From Candidatus Nanopusillus sp. (GTDB lineage Archaea > Nanobdellota > Nanobdellia > Nanobdellales > Nanobdellaceae), in the NCBI GenBank assembly GCA_036845085.1, contig DAIUEN010000014.1:1-14989 (forward strand): 14,989 bases of DNA. Direction: 5' to 3'. The notes beneath the pieces are model-generated. The model searched no databases. It was not told where the DNA came from and saw only the letters and a list, made by a program, of their open reading frames with translations. Positions within the stretch are counted from its first letter, which is position 1. Each line of letters opens with the position of its first letter. The translations under genes were made by a program, and so were the position numbers. Of this stretch, positions 13,646 to 14,989 are shown one piece after another.

Positions 13646-14658
13646 CTATTTATTTCTCTTATGAAATAATTTTTTATAGATGATGGAACATCGTATATAT
13701 ATCTATTATTTATTTTGGTCCTTACTAAGTAATTCATTTTTACCATTCTTTTTAGCATAGTACTTATAGCATGTATAGTTATATCAGAATATCTATCCTT
13801 AGCTAATTTTAATAATTCTGACGAAGTTTTTGGACCATATTTTACTATTAATTCTATTATGAATTTTTGTTTTTCAGTTAATTTTAATACTTTATCCGGG
13901 GGTCTTTTTTCTTCATACAATTTTTTAATAATCTCTAAGTCTATTATTTTTTTCTTTTCTCTGTATGCCAATAAAAGAGCATTGTATGCTATTTTCAACA
14001 TCTCTCTTGGAAATCCTCCAGCTATTTTGTATATTTCATTTATAGCATCATCGGTAAATAAATCTGGATTTTTACTTAACTCTAATCTTTTTTTTATCAA
14101 TAAATATCCGCTATGAGCATCTAAAGATTTTAAGTAAATTTTGGTTAATATTCTTTCATATAACGTTCTATGTAATTTCAATATTCTTTCTTCAAATTCT
14201 GGTAATCCCGCTAGTATGAAAGTATTATTAGTTTGGTCTGAAAGTATTTTTAGCCATTCCAACATTTCATCTGACATAAAAGTTGCTTCATCTATAAAAA
14301 AAACATAGTTTTTATTTTTTAAATATTTTATTAAGTCGAACCCAAATAATTTATATTTTATCTTTTCCAAAAGTCCAGAGTTATCTATTAAATATTTTTC
14401 AAGTTCCTCTTTTGAGTTAAATGGTCTATAAAGGAATAATTTATTCTTTATATTTAGATTTTTATATTCCCACATTAGTAGTGTAGTTTTGCCAGCTCCG
14501 GTAGGTCCTATAACTAAGATTATTTTTTCTTTATTTTGTATAGCATCTATTATTTTCTTTCTTTCTATATCATAACCTACGAAAGTTTCTAAAATAATTT
14601 CTAATTTAAATGGATTATCCTTTAGGTTAAAAAAAGCTAAAATTTCATTATCATTCAT
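13642..14658 (-). CDS. AAA+ ATPase (ExeA/AAA_22- or Orc1/Cdc6-like) with C-terminal winged-helix domain
   Basis: The N-terminal FFNLKDNPF resembles ExeA-type leaders. Walker A is GPTGAGKTTL and Walker B is VFFIDEA. The C-terminal LTEKQKFIIELIVKYGPKTSSELLKLA...ISTMLKRMVKMNYLVR is MarR/Orc-type wHTH-like. It has a 4-nt ATGA overlap with the TtuA-like gene. Confidence 0.75.
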   Translation of the reverse strand: MNDNEILAFFNLKDNPFKLEIILETFVGYDIERKKIIDAIQNKEKIILVIGPTGAGKTTLLMWEYKNLNIKNKLFLYRPFNSKEELEKYLIDNSGLLEKIKYKLFGFDLIKYLKNKNYVFFIDEATFMSDEMLEWLKILSDQTNNTFILAGLPEFEERILKLHRTLYERILTKIYLKSLDAHSGYLLIKKRLELSKNPDLFTDDAINEIYKIAGGFPREMLKIAYNALLLAYREKKKIIDLEIIKKLYEEKRPPDKVLKLTEKQKFIIELIVKYGPKTSSELLKLAKDRYSDITIHAISTMLKRMVKMNYLVRTKINNRYIYDVPSSIKNYFIREINR

Positions 14659-14721
14659 TAAAAATTTATTTTAAATAAAATTTTTATGTTCTTTGTTTTA
14701 AAAAATAAAATATATACCTAT

Positions 14722-14794
14722 AGCCCCGTCGTCTAGCGGTCTAGGATACGGGGTTTTGGTCCCCGTGACCGGGGTTCGAATCCCCGCGGGGCTA
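14722..14794 (+). tRNA. tRNA-Gln (anticodon UUG), 73 nt, no encoded CCA
   Basis: I folded it by hand. Acceptor AGCCCCG/CGGGGCU, D arm GUCU/GGAU, anticodon arm CGGGG-UUUUGGU-CCCCG, variable UGAC, T arm CGGGG-UUCGAAU-CCCCG, discriminator A. A1:U72 is typical of archaeal tRNA-Gln. Confidence 0.92.
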
Positions 14795-14848
14795 GTTTTA
14801 TAAATTTTGAAGGATTTAACTATATTGATGATAGAGGTAATATTAAAA

Positions 14849-14989
14849 ATGATTGAAAATTCACAAATGTTTATATATCAAGTTTTATTTTCAATAGCTG
14901 TGCTTGTATTAGGATATTTTTTTGGAAGGTTGATTTCTATTTTAATTAAATTCTTAGTTAAAAATTTTCTTGGTATAGATGATTTATTT
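14849..14989 (+). CDS. 5' fragment of a membrane protein (possibly a small-conductance mechanosensitive-channel-like N-terminus); runs off the window
   Basis: An ATG at 14849 opens a frame that stays open to the window end (47 codons): MIENSQMFIYQVLFSIAVLVLGYFFGRLISILIKFLVKNFLGIDDLF. It has one TM helix followed by a basic amphipathic stretch. The functional guess is weak. Confidence 0.4.
   Translation, partial: MIENSQMFIYQVLFSIAVLVLGYFFGRLISILIKFLVKNFLGIDDLF

Noticed and set aside
14659-14721. A replication origin next to the Orc1/Cdc6-like ATPase.
   Set aside because: The upstream spacer is only 63 bp and is followed by a tRNA gene. I see no repeated ORB-like elements or paired inverted repeats. 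The N-terminus of the ATPase looks more ExeA/AAA_22-like than Orc1-like.
14659-14848. tRNA-Gln as an integration site, with the adjacent AAA+/wHTH operon as a remnant of an integrated element.
   Set aside because: No integrase or recombinase gene is present. I could find no second copy of the tRNA 3' segment (att-like direct repeat) in the window; the only partial match is a 7-nt ATCCCCG inside the TtuA coding sequence. The flanking genes have the same composition as the rest of the window.
1-14989. A CRISPR array, tandem repeats, IS elements or defence islands.
   Set aside because: Reading through the window I found no spaced direct repeats and no long inverted repeats. I found no transposase, integrase or Cas-like ORFs. 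Nearly every base is accounted for by housekeeping-type genes. The single PIN-domain protein is of the Fcf1 rRNA-processing type, sits in a translation operon, and has no antitoxin partner.

Overview
This is a very AT-rich (about a quarter G+C by eye), very gene-dense archaeal chromosome segment. I count 20 protein genes (one partial at each edge), 2 tRNAs and one candidate C/D-box sRNA in 15 kb. Compaction is extreme. Several same-strand genes share 4-nt ATGA stop/start overlaps, convergent genes touch or overlap at their 3' ends, and divergent genes are only 31-51 bp apart. Archaeal identity follows from Alba, ribosomal protein S17e, aIF2-gamma, RNA polymerase subunit N/Rpo10, an Nre-family protein, Dph2 and A1:U72 tRNAs. 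Both tRNAs have almost purely G:C stems (about two-thirds G+C) in this AT-rich background. That suggests a (hyper)thermophile with a reduced genome; Nanoarchaeota/DPANN-like is my guess and cannot be verified here. Most content is informational housekeeping: translation factor and GTPases, tRNA thiolation, an RNAP subunit, chromatin protein and pyrophosphatase. Two parts look accessory. One is a long-form FlaI/VirB11-type ATPase with a FlaJ/TadC-type membrane platform at the left edge. The other is a minus-strand operon (AAA+ ATPase with winged helix, then TtuA/Ncs6-type PP-loop enzyme, then a small polytopic membrane protein) next to tRNA-Gln. I saw no CRISPR array, transposase, integrase, toxin-antitoxin pair or recognisable defence system, and I cannot claim a clear-cut novel system. 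The most notable oddities are a Dph2 lacking its first domain (split-gene candidate), a candidate C/D-box sRNA absent from the supplied ORF track, a DRG-type GTPase with degenerate G3/G4 motifs, and interdigitated or palindromic bidirectional promoters that imply leaderless mRNAs.
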